Source: an uncultured delta proteobacterium
GTDB lineage: Bacteria; Myxococcota; Myxococcia; Myxococcales; Anaeromyxobacteraceae
Direction: 5' to 3'
Assembly (NCBI GenBank): GCA_963814585.1
Contig: CAWFDF010000003.1
Span: 320,001-384,000, forward strand
DNA length: 64,000 nt
Below are positions 10,080 through 18,692 of this stretch, in pieces; within the stretch, counting starts at the first letter, position 1, and each line of letters begins with the position of its first letter. The position numbers and the translations under genes were made by a program. The notes beneath the pieces are model-generated. The model saw only the letters and a list, made by a program, of their open reading frames with translations, had not been told where the DNA came from and did no database searches.

Positions 10080-11916
10080 GGCGAGCCTGCTGGCCGCGGC
10101 GCTGCTCCTGCTCCCGGCCGCCGCCGGGGCGGCCGGCATGGCCATCTCGGCGTCGCTCGACCGCGACGAGGTCGCTCTCGACGGGCTGGTGACGCTGGAG
10201 GTCCGGATCGAGGCGGGCGAGGCGCCGACCCTGTCGCTCCCCTCGCAGGGCTTCGAGTTCGACGTGGTCTCGCGCGGCAGCTCGAGGAGCACCTCCATCA
10301 ACATGGGCGGGGGAGCCGGGATGAAGGTCCAGCACACCTTCGTCTTCCAGTTCGGGCTGCGGCCGCGGCGCGCCGGCGACCTCTCCATCCCTCCGGTGGA
10401 GGTGGTGGCGGGCGAGGCCCGCGGCGAGACCCAGCCGCTCTCGGTGAAGGTGCTCCCGGCCGGCGCGCCGTCCACCCGGCCCGGCCGGCCGGGTCCGCCC
10501 GTGCCCGGCTTCCCGTCGTTCCCGGGCGGGCCGGGCGGCGCGCCCGGAGGCGGCTCCAGCCGGGCCTGGAGCGGCTGGGAGCGCGACCTGCAGCTCAGCG
10601 TGGAGGTCGACAAGACCGAGGTCTTCCTCGGGGAGCAGGTGACCGCCTCGGTCTGGGTGCTCTCTCCGGTCGGCGTGGCCGAGACCGGGAACTTCAAGCC
10701 GCCGGCCTACGACGGCTTCTGGACCGAGCAGCTCGAGCTGCCCCGGGAGCCCACCCAGCAGATCCGCCGGAAGGACGGCGTGCCGCTGCGCGCTTACCTG
10801 CTGCAGCGGATCGCGCTCTTCCCGACCCGCTCCGGCCAGCTCGAGCTGGGGGCGCACGCCATCGACCTGCTGGTCCGGGTGTCGTCGTCCGACGCCTTCT
10901 ACCCCTTCGGCGACGTGCAGCGGGTGTCGCGGCGCAGCCAGCCCGTGCCCATCACGGTGAAGCCGCTCCCGCCCGCCGCGCCGGCCCGCTTCGATCAGGT
11001 CAACGTCGGCACCGCCACCTTGAGCGCCAGCCTCTCGCAGAAGACCACCGCCGTCGGCCAGCCGGTGACGCTCCGGCTGGTCGCCGAGGGCGAGGGGAAC
11101 GTGAAGGCCTGGTCGCTCCCCGTGCCCCCCGCCATCCCCGGGGCCCGGGCCTTCACGCCCACCTCCAGCGACCAGCTCAAGCCGCGCGGCGCGAAGTTCG
11201 CCGGATCTCGCACGGTGGAGTCGGTGCTGGTCCCGGAGGTGCCCGGACCGCTGGTGATCCCGCCGCTCACCTGGGCCGTCTTCGATCCGAAGGTCGGCGC
11301 CTATCGCGAGCTCAGGACGCCGGAGCTGCGGCTCGAGGTGACCGGCGGCGCCCCGGCGGCCAGCTCCACGTCGGCGCCGGCCCAGAACACGCTCTTCCCG
11401 GGCCTCCGCCCCATCCGGCCGGCCGGCCCGCTGGCGCGCGTGTCCGCGCCCGGGACCGACTGGCCGCTCTGGGCCCTGGTGTTCGGCCCGGTGGCCGCCT
11501 TCCTGGCGCTCAGCGGGGTGGACCGGTTCCGCGAGAGCCGGCTGGCCGACGGCGGGGCGCGGCGGGTCCGGATCGCCGGCCGGGTGGCGCGTCGGAGGCT
11601 GGCCGGGGCGAGCCGGCTGCTCGCCGGCGCCGACGCGGCGCCCTACTTCGCCGAGGTGGAGCGGGCCCTGGTGGGCTACTGCGCCGACAAGCTGGGGCGG
11701 CCTGCCAGCGGGCTGACCCGCGACGAGCTGGCCCTGGCGCTCACCGAGGCCGGCGCCCACGTGGCGGCCCAGCGGGCCCTCGCCGCCGCGCTCGACGCCT
11801 GCGACGCTGGCCGCTTTGGCGGCGCGGTGGCGCGCGAGGAGGTGCTGACGCTGGCGGGCCGGGCCATGGCCGTCCTCGAGGAGGCCCACTGGCGCCCCCC
11901 GGGAGGTGGCCGGTGA
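10069..11916 (+). CDS. batD: BatD family protein
   Basis: Signal peptide, repeated Ig-like Bat domains (VDKTEVFLGEQV, ALFPTRSG, GEGN), C-terminal TM; operon position. Confidence 0.82.
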   Translation: MTGRASLLAAALLLLPAAAGAAGMAISASLDRDEVALDGLVTLEVRIEAGEAPTLSLPSQGFEFDVVSRGSSRSTSINMGGGAGMKVQHTFVFQFGLRPRRAGDLSIPPVEVVAGEARGETQPLSVKVLPAGAPSTRPGRPGPPVPGFPSFPGGPGGAPGGGSSRAWSGWERDLQLSVEVDKTEVFLGEQVTASVWVLSPVGVAETGNFKPPAYDGFWTEQLELPREPTQQIRRKDGVPLRAYLLQRIALFPTRSGQLELGAHAIDLLVRVSSSDAFYPFGDVQRVSRRSQPVPITVKPLPPAAPARFDQVNVGTATLSASLSQKTTAVGQPVTLRLVAEGEGNVKAWSLPVPPAIPGARAFTPTSSDQLKPRGAKFAGSRTVESVLVPEVPGPLVIPPLTWAVFDPKVGAYRELRTPELRLEVTGGAPAASSTSAPAQNTLFPGLRPIRPAGPLARVSAPGTDWPLWALVFGPVAAFLALSGVDRFRESRLADGGARRVRIAGRVARRRLAGASRLLAGADAAPYFAEVERALVGYCADKLGRPASGLTRDELALALTEAGAHVAAQRALAAALDACDAGRFGGAVAREEVLTLAGRAMAVLEEAHWRPPGGGR

Positions 11917-12713
11917 GGGCGCTGCTGATCCTCTGGCTGGCGGCCGCCGCGCCGGGGGCCGCGACCGCCCCGGCCGCGCCACCGGCCGCGCCGGCCCAGC
12001 CGGCCCAGCCGGCCCAGCCGGCCCCGCTCGCCGATCCCGGGGCGCGGGCGGAGCAGGCCGGCGCCCTCTACCTGGCCGGCGACCACGAGGGCGCTGCCCG
12101 GGCCTGGCGGACGCTGGTCGACGAGGGCTGGGAGAGCGTGGGACTCCACTTCGACCTCGGCAACGCGCTCCTGCGACTGGGATTCCGCGGCCGCGCCATC
12201 GCCAGCTACCTGCGGGCGCTCCAGCTCGATCCCGGCGACCCCGACGCGCAGGCCAACCTCGACCTGGCCCGCGCCCAGAACGTCGACCGGCTGGTGGGAG
12301 AGACCCAGCCGCCCCTCCACGCCCGGCTGCTGGCGCGCACGCCGGACGCGGTGGCGCTGGCCCTCTTCGGCGGCTCCTGGGGAGCCTTCTGGCTCCTGCT
12401 CTGGCTGCGCAGCCGCTCCAGCCGGAGCGCGCGCCGCTGGCTCGGCCCGGCGGCGCTGGCGGCGGCGCTGCTGGCGGTCGGCGGCGGGGCGCTGCTGGCC
12501 GGGAAGGCGGCCGACCGGCGAACCCCCACGGCGGTGGTGGTCGCGCCGGTGTCGCCAGTCCGCGAGGGACCGTCGCGGACCCTCAAGGCCGCCTTCGAGC
12601 TGCACGAGGGGACCACCGTCCGCATCCTCGAGGCCCAGGGCGACGTGGCGCGGGTCCGGCTGCTCAACGGCCTGGAGGGCTGGGTGGCCTCGTCGGACCT
12701 GGAGGTCATCTGA
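11913..12713 (+). CDS. batE: BatE-like TPR + SH3 protein
   Basis: HFDLGNA...AIASYLRALQLDPGD TPR, two TM segments, FELHEGTTV...EGWV SH3b-like end. Confidence 0.8.
   Translation: MRALLILWLAAAAPGAATAPAAPPAAPAQPAQPAQPAPLADPGARAEQAGALYLAGDHEGAARAWRTLVDEGWESVGLHFDLGNALLRLGFRGRAIASYLRALQLDPGDPDAQANLDLARAQNVDRLVGETQPPLHARLLARTPDAVALALFGGSWGAFWLLLWLRSRSSRSARRWLGPAALAAALLAVGGGALLAGKAADRRTPTAVVVAPVSPVREGPSRTLKAAFELHEGTTVRILEAQGDVARVRLLNGLEGWVASSDLEVI
11991..12024 (+). repeat. 9-bp tandem repeat CCGGCCCAG x3+ (PAQ linker)
   Basis: Read directly; encodes PAQPAQPAQPA. Confidence 0.8.
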
Positions 12714-13222
12714 TGGCCTCCCCGGCCCCGGCCCTCCGGCTCACCGAGGCGGTCGAGGCCGCCGACCTCGACCGGGCCCGCGCCCTGTTCGGCGAGTACC
12801 AGCAGGCCATCGGCGTCGATCTCTGCTTCCAGGGGTTCGAGGCCGAGCTGGCGGCGCTCCCCGGCGCCTACGCCCGGCCCGCGGGGCGGCTCCTGCTGGC
12901 CTGGCGCGGCGAGGACCTGGCCGGCTGCGGCGCCCTCCGGCCGCTCGGCCCGGGGGTGGCCGAGCTGAAGCGGATGTGGACCCGGCCCGAGCACCGCGGC
13001 CATGGCGTGGCGCGGGCGGTGGCCGTGGCGCTGCTCGGCGCCGCGCGGGACCAGGGGTACCGGACCGTCCGCCTCGACACGCTCGACTGGATGAAGGCGG
13101 CCCGCGCCCTCTACGCCTCGCTCGGCTTCGTCGAGATCGGGCCCTACTACGCCAACCCGCTGCCGGGCGTGGTGTACATGGAGCTGGGGATCCAGTTCCG
13201 CGCCCCAGGCAAGATGACGTGA
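12713..13222 (+). CDS. GNAT family acetyltransferase
   Basis: DLCFQGFEAELAALPGAY, AELKRMWTRPEHRGHGVAR (acetyl-CoA motif A), RLDTL, LYASLGF. Confidence 0.9.
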   Translation: MASPAPALRLTEAVEAADLDRARALFGEYQQAIGVDLCFQGFEAELAALPGAYARPAGRLLLAWRGEDLAGCGALRPLGPGVAELKRMWTRPEHRGHGVARAVAVALLGAARDQGYRTVRLDTLDWMKAARALYASLGFVEIGPYYANPLPGVVYMELGIQFRAPGKMT

Positions 13223-13225
13223 CGA

Positions 13226-13341
13226 GAGAGCCGAGACCGAAGCGAGGCTGGCGCCCGAGGAGGGAGCAGCGGAAGCGTAGCAGCGCTACGCTGAGCAGCG
13301 GACCGACGAGGCCGCCTGCCGCAGCGAGAGGATCGGCTCTC
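13226..13341. repeat. palindromic REP/MITE-like element, copy A
   Basis: Terminal inverted repeat GAGAGCCGA / TCGGCTCTC; 41-nt core at 13263-13303 shared with 43831-43871. Confidence 0.7.
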
Positions 13342-13370
13342 GCAGTAGGCATCCTGCCTGGGGCGCGGCA

Positions 13371-13757
13371 CTAATACCCGTTGCAGACGCAGATGTCGTA
13401 GGGACCACCCGCCGTGACGTTGTCGTCGCCGGCGTCGCGCGTCCCGTTCGGACAGCCACAGGGCTTCTTGACGGGTTGCCCGGTGAACTGGATCCCGCCG
13501 CTGGTGGTCCCGCACCTCGAGACCCACGACGTGTCGCAGCCACCCCCGCCTCCGCCGTCGGTCCCGCACGGGTTGCAGGCATCGACGCAGGCACCGGTGC
13601 AGTAGGTGCACATGCCGGCGTGCGGATTGCTGCTGGTGACCCGATCCAGGCTGCAGTAGCCGCACTCGTTGTAGCCGGACTTGGCCGGGCAATCCGGCTT
13701 GCCGCAGGCCGCGAGCGCGGCCACGGCGGCGAGGAGCACGGCGAGCAGGACTCTCAT
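13371..13757 (-). CDS. cysteine-rich lipoprotein
   Basis: Lipobox LAAC; 14 further Cys in ~110 aa, in two clusters separated by a poly-Gly linker. Confidence 0.7.
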   Translation of the reverse strand: MRVLLAVLLAAVAALAACGKPDCPAKSGYNECGYCSLDRVTSSNPHAGMCTYCTGACVDACNPCGTDGGGGGGCDTSWVSRCGTTSGGIQFTGQPVKKPCGCPNGTRDAGDDNVTAGGPYDICVCNGY

Positions 13758-13923
13758 GAAGCGACGCTTACCACCCGGACGGGGCGTCATCCAGTTTGCG
13801 GACTCGCTCCGGCCTCGACCGCCCGAGAGGCGCGGCGCCGCCCCGCAGCCGGTTCACCCGGAGCTGGTGGAGCCGGCGTACCGCCCGGAATGGACGGGGT
13901 GCCGCGGAGCGAGCCCGGGCCCG

Positions 13924-14412
13924 CTACTCCAGCTTGACGGTGGCGGCGACCCGCTCTCCGTCGAGCACCGCCACGGTGGTGAGCCCGTGGCGCGGCAGCG
14001 CCACCACCAGGCAGGGGCTGGTCATCACCTGGGCGCTCAGCGTGCCCGCCGGTGGCGAGGAGAAGATGACGCGGAGGCCGGCCGCCCCGTCCTTCACCTG
14101 CGCCCGGGTCGAGGCGAGCGCGACCCCGTACCCGGCGCTGGTGCGCCGGCCGCCGGCCACCAGCACCACCGCCTGGGTCCCCCAGTCCAGGGCCGGCAGG
14201 GCCGGCCCCGGGCCGAGCTCGGGCGAGAGCGCCGCGGCCACCTCCGAGGAGGTGACGAGCCGCCTCGCCGAGGGCCCCTCGCCAGGACCTCCGCACTGGA
14301 TGCCGACGCCGAGCGGCCGGACCTCGACCTCCCGCTCGCCCGAGCAGCCGTCCGGCCCCGCGCCGGCCAGCAGCACCCCGAGCAGCCCCAGGACCGCGCC
14401 GCGTCGGCTCAC
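13924..14412 (-). CDS. PrcB-like protease-complex accessory protein
   Basis: LDWGTQAVVLVAGGRRTSAGYGV...AQVMTSPCLVVALPR matches the PrcB C-terminal pattern; GTGA overlap with the S8 protease stop. Confidence 0.75.
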   Translation of the reverse strand: MSRRGAVLGLLGVLLAGAGPDGCSGEREVEVRPLGVGIQCGGPGEGPSARRLVTSSEVAAALSPELGPGPALPALDWGTQAVVLVAGGRRTSAGYGVALASTRAQVKDGAAGLRVIFSSPPAGTLSAQVMTSPCLVVALPRHGLTTVAVLDGERVAATVKLE

Positions 14413-17015
14413 GGAGAGCCTCCGAACTGCTTCTGCGCCCGGTCGAACCGGCGATAGCCCTGCGCCGGCCTCGCCGGCCCAGGGACGGCCGACTGGATCC
14501 CGGCACCGGTGCCGAAGCCGACGGTGAAGTCGAGCCCGCTCACGCTGGCGTCCTTCACCACCACCGGCGTCGCCGTTCCCATGGTCGGCCAGGCGCCGCA
14601 GGCCTCGCCGTCGTCGCAGATGAAGCCGTCGTCGTTCTGGTCGGTCCCGGCCACCAGGTAGTAGGACCCGGCCGTCGCGCCGCTGAAGAGGAAGTCGTAG
14701 GCGCCGCTCGTGCCCCGCCCCTCCGCCTGGCCCTTGGTGGCGAAGGCGTCGTCGAGGACCAGGACGTAGAGGTAGCCGGCGTCGCCGGTGGCGGGCGCGT
14801 CGGCGCCGACCCACATCGCCACCTGGACCACCACCGACGTGCCGCCGGCCGCGAAGGTGATGCTGGTACGGTAGCTGCCGTTGGCGAGCCCGTCGCGGCT
14901 CACGGTGGCCGTGTAGGTGCCGAGCCCGCTGGCGTCGACCGAGGCCGGCGCCACGGTGAGCCAGGCCGCGCCGGCGGCGACGCCGCTCACCGAGAGCGCC
15001 CCGGTGCCGACCTTGGAGGCGGTCAGGACCAGCTGCGTCGAGGCGTTGCCGAAGTCGAGCGCCGACGGGTCGACCTTGAGGGCGGTCGCCACGGCCTCGC
15101 CGCACTGGGCCTGGGCGGCCTGGACCGCCTTGAAGGCGTTGATCAGCCCGTGTCCGAAGTCGTCGTCCTTCCCGGGCGCCCCGAGGTCGTCGGTGATGCT
15201 TCCCGCGGCGATGAGCGTGTCGAGCTGCGCCGCGGTGAGGGTCGGGCAGACCGCCATCATGAGCGCGACCACCCCGGCCACGTGGGGCGTGGCCATCGAG
15301 GTCCCGTCCTTGAACGACCAGCTGGGCGTGATGGCGTCCTGGTTGGCCACCGTCGAGAGGACACCGTCGACGTAGCCGTTGCCGTCCAGGTCCACCGAGT
15401 TGTCGCCGCCCGGCGCCGCCACGTCGACGGCGTTGTTGTGGTTGGAGTAGGGGGCCCTGGCCTTCTGCGAGTCGATGGCCGACACCGACACCACGCCGGC
15501 GTACGACGCCGGGTAGAAGAGCAGCGGGGAGTTGTTGTTGCCGGCCGCGGCGACGAGGATCGAGCCGGCGTTCCGCGCCGCCGTGTACTCGCCCTGCTCG
15601 GTCGCCGAGAAGCAGTCCTGGCAGCCGAGCGAGAGGTTGATGATGTCGGCCCTGGCCCGCACCGTGCCCGAGTCGTTGCTGAGGCCGGCCGCGTAGCGGA
15701 CCCCCTGGATGATGTCGTGGGAGGTGCCGCCGCCCTTGCCGAGGACGCGGACCGGGATGACCTTGGCGCCCCAGGCGACGCCGGCCACGCCCGAGGCGTC
15801 GTTGCTGCGGGCCGCGACGGTCCCGGCCACGTGGGTGCCATGGAAGGTGGAGGCGCTGGTGCCGTTGCTGTCGCCGGGATCGCTGGGATCCGGGTCGATC
15901 CCGTTGCCGTCGTTCGACATGGCGGTGCTGGAGACGAAGTCGTAGCCGGGGAGGAGCTGTCCGGCGAAGTCGGGGTGAGCCAGCATGACCCCGGTGTCGA
16001 CCACCGCGACCTCGACGGTCCCGCTCGACGGCGTGCCGGTGGTGATGTCCCAGGCCTGCGGGAGCTGGATGAGCGGGTAGTGCCACTGGAAGCCGTAGTG
16101 GGTGTCGTTCGGCACCATGGTCGGCTCGAAGATGAAGTTGAGATCGGCGCTGGCGACGTCGGCCCGGGCCCGCAGGGCGGTGACCAGGGCGAAGGTCTCA
16201 CGCCGGGCCTCGGCCTCCGGCGAGGGGTAGAGGTCGGGCCGCGGGGCCCCGGGCTTGGCGCCGGCGGCGACCAGCGCCCGGGCGCGGCCCGCCGCGTCCG
16301 GCGGCAGTCCGAGCAGGGCGGAGCGGCCCTGGACCGCGCCTCCGAGCGGGAGCAGGGCGAGGCTGGCCGCCTTGGCGGCCAGGGTGGCCGGGCCACCGGC
16401 GGCGGCCGCGGCGGTGATGGCGCTGTCCTTGAAGCGGACCAGCACCTCGCCCGGCACGAAGCGGGGGCCGAGGACGAACCCGCCGGGCGCGGCGTTGGGC
16501 GCCTGGCCGAGCACCAGCGTGTAGTTCGACGAGCCGGTGACCGCGTTGACCTCGATGATCACCTCCAGGCCACCGGCCCCGATGGAGATCTGCTCCGACT
16601 GCCCCGGGGGGTTGGTCGAGCAGGCCGCGTTGGCGAGGTTGGTGGCCTCGGCGACGCAGAGCTCCAGGTCGGCGGCGGGATCGGCGGGGACCAGCGTGAC
16701 CACCTGGCCGGCGCCGAGGCCGGCGTGGAAGTAGTCGAAGGGGTCAGCCGTCACCGACGCCCAGCCGCCGACGGTGGCGGCGCTGGGGAGCGCCTGGGCG
16801 GCGGCCGTGGTGTCGTTGTTCCCGGCGGAGGCGTTCGGATCGGCGGTGTCCAGGTCGGCGAACTGGCTCGACGCGGCCTGGGCCCGGCCGCCGATGGAGT
16901 AGGTCGGCGGGGGCGGGGGCGGGGGCGGCGTGGTGTCGCCGCCGCCACTACCGCCACCACAGGCCGAGAGACCGGCTACCAGCACCGCACCGAGCACCGC
17001 GGACCGACGAAGCAT
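14409..17015 (-). CDS. S8 (subtilisin-family) serine protease, lipoprotein
   Basis: Lipobox LSAC; catalytic VAVVDTG, FHGTHVAGTV, AAAGN, GTSMATPHVAG; PPC-like N-terminal domain and beta-rich C-terminal domains. Confidence 0.93.
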   Translation of the reverse strand: MLRRSAVLGAVLVAGLSACGGGSGGGDTTPPPPPPPPTYSIGGRAQAASSQFADLDTADPNASAGNNDTTAAAQALPSAATVGGWASVTADPFDYFHAGLGAGQVVTLVPADPAADLELCVAEATNLANAACSTNPPGQSEQISIGAGGLEVIIEVNAVTGSSNYTLVLGQAPNAAPGGFVLGPRFVPGEVLVRFKDSAITAAAAAGGPATLAAKAASLALLPLGGAVQGRSALLGLPPDAAGRARALVAAGAKPGAPRPDLYPSPEAEARRETFALVTALRARADVASADLNFIFEPTMVPNDTHYGFQWHYPLIQLPQAWDITTGTPSSGTVEVAVVDTGVMLAHPDFAGQLLPGYDFVSSTAMSNDGNGIDPDPSDPGDSNGTSASTFHGTHVAGTVAARSNDASGVAGVAWGAKVIPVRVLGKGGGTSHDIIQGVRYAAGLSNDSGTVRARADIINLSLGCQDCFSATEQGEYTAARNAGSILVAAAGNNNSPLLFYPASYAGVVSVSAIDSQKARAPYSNHNNAVDVAAPGGDNSVDLDGNGYVDGVLSTVANQDAITPSWSFKDGTSMATPHVAGVVALMMAVCPTLTAAQLDTLIAAGSITDDLGAPGKDDDFGHGLINAFKAVQAAQAQCGEAVATALKVDPSALDFGNASTQLVLTASKVGTGALSVSGVAAGAAWLTVAPASVDASGLGTYTATVSRDGLANGSYRTSITFAAGGTSVVVQVAMWVGADAPATGDAGYLYVLVLDDAFATKGQAEGRGTSGAYDFLFSGATAGSYYLVAGTDQNDDGFICDDGEACGAWPTMGTATPVVVKDASVSGLDFTVGFGTGAGIQSAVPGPARPAQGYRRFDRAQKQFGGSP

Positions 17016-17086
17016 GGATGGACCTCCCCTTGAGCCTGGTTGAAGTATCGACCCGGCAGGCCGGGAGATGTGACCGGCGCCGGGGC

Positions 17087-18448
17087 TCACGCGCACCGCA
17101 GGTGTTCCGCCAGCGCCAGGTCCCCGCCGCGCCTGAAGACCTCCAGCGCCTCGTCCGCCGGCGTCCGGCCGCTGTCGGCGCGGGCCCGGAGCGGGGCCAG
17201 GAACTTCCGCTCGTCCTCCCCCTGCTCCCCGCAGGCGTGCTGCCGGCACAGCCCCGCCTCGGCGGCGTCGAGCAGCGTCCCGGCCAGCTGCGCCAGGGTC
17301 CGGCCGTCCGGCGTCCGCGCCGAGAGGCCGTGCTGGCCGGCGGCCACCATGAGCGCCCGGCGCTCGCCCACCGTGAAGCGCTTGACGGCGTCCCAGGCCC
17401 AGTCGCGCGCCTGCTGGTCGTAGAGCAGCCCCTTCCAGAGGGCCAGCACCGCCCGTGTCATGCCGGCGTCGCAGGCGTCGGCGCCGCGCACCTCCACCAC
17501 CCCCTTCACCCGCACCTCGGGGAAGAGGGTCGAGAGGTGATCCTCCCAGTCGAGCAGGGTGGGGCGGTGGCCGTGGAGCCCCTCGGCCAGGAAGCGCCGG
17601 AAGCTGCCGCCCCCCGGCAGGTAGCGCCCCTCGCGGCGCAGGAAGATCATGGGGACGTCGAGCGCCCACTCCACGTAGCGACGGTAGGCGTCGTCGTCGA
17701 AGCCCGGCTCGAAGGCGAAGCCGAGCAGGCCGCTGCGAGCCGGATCGGTCTCCTCCCACACGGCGACCCGGTAGCTCTGCCACCCCGACTCCCGGCCGTC
17801 CACGATCGGCGAGTTGGCGCAGAGCGCGGTGACGGCCGGCTGCACCGCCAGCGCCACGCGCAGCTTCTCGGCCATGTCCCGCTCGCCGGAGAAGTCGAAG
17901 GAGGCCTGGGTCGAGGCGGTCATGGCCATCATGTCCTCGGCCAGGCGCCCCCGCGCCCTGAGGTAGGGGCGCATCACCGTGTACCGGTCCTTCGGCATCC
18001 ACGGCACCTGGCCGGGGCGGCCCCAGGGGCGATAGCCGGTGGCGAGCAGCGTGAGCCCGAGGGCGCCGGCCACCTCGCGGCACTTCACCAGGTGGCGGTC
18101 CAGCTCCGAGGCCACGGCGTGGACGTCGGCGAAGGGTCGCCCCGACAGCTCGATCTGTCCGCCCGGCTCGATGGAGACGGTCAGGCCGGTCCGCTGGGCG
18201 GCGATGATCCGCCCGTCCTCGAGGAACGGCTCGTAGCCGAAGCGCGTGAAGGCCAGCAGGGCCGCGCCGATGCCACGCGGGCCCTGGTACGGGACCGGCT
18301 CGAGCGTCCCGGCCAGGAGCGGGATCTTCTCGTGCTCCAGCCCGACCTTCCAGCCGGCCCGCGGGCGTTCGCGCTGGCGGAACCAGCCGGTGAGGTCGTC
18401 CACGCCACCGACGGGCGGGCTCTCCTTCACCTTGGCATCGAGCGACAC
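17087..18448 (-). CDS. gshA: glutamate--cysteine ligase (GCS2, plant/alphaproteobacterial type)
   Basis: VGLEHEK, SIEPGGQIELSG, WMPKDRY, ANSP, WEDHLSTLFPEVRVK, EVRGAD. Confidence 0.9.
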   Translation of the reverse strand: MSLDAKVKESPPVGGVDDLTGWFRQRERPRAGWKVGLEHEKIPLLAGTLEPVPYQGPRGIGAALLAFTRFGYEPFLEDGRIIAAQRTGLTVSIEPGGQIELSGRPFADVHAVASELDRHLVKCREVAGALGLTLLATGYRPWGRPGQVPWMPKDRYTVMRPYLRARGRLAEDMMAMTASTQASFDFSGERDMAEKLRVALAVQPAVTALCANSPIVDGRESGWQSYRVAVWEETDPARSGLLGFAFEPGFDDDAYRRYVEWALDVPMIFLRREGRYLPGGGSFRRFLAEGLHGHRPTLLDWEDHLSTLFPEVRVKGVVEVRGADACDAGMTRAVLALWKGLLYDQQARDWAWDAVKRFTVGERRALMVAAGQHGLSARTPDGRTLAQLAGTLLDAAEAGLCRQHACGEQGEDERKFLAPLRARADSGRTPADEALEVFRRGGDLALAEHLRCA

Positions 18449-18692
18449 GCGGGGGCCGCCTTTCCGGAGCGGGGGACGGCCCGGGTGGACCGCCCGGGTG
18501 GTGGAACCTAACCCGACGCCCCACGTCGTCCAAGGCCCGGATGGCACTCACCGCTCCCTTCTGGGGAGTCCAGCCGCCCCCCGGGCATGCTTCGGGCGGT
18601 TCCCTTGTTTTCCCCCTGGGCTCCTCCTATCCTCGAATGTCACTCGGTTTTCCCTCCCCCCCCGCTCCACGCTCCCGGGAAAGCGAAACACA

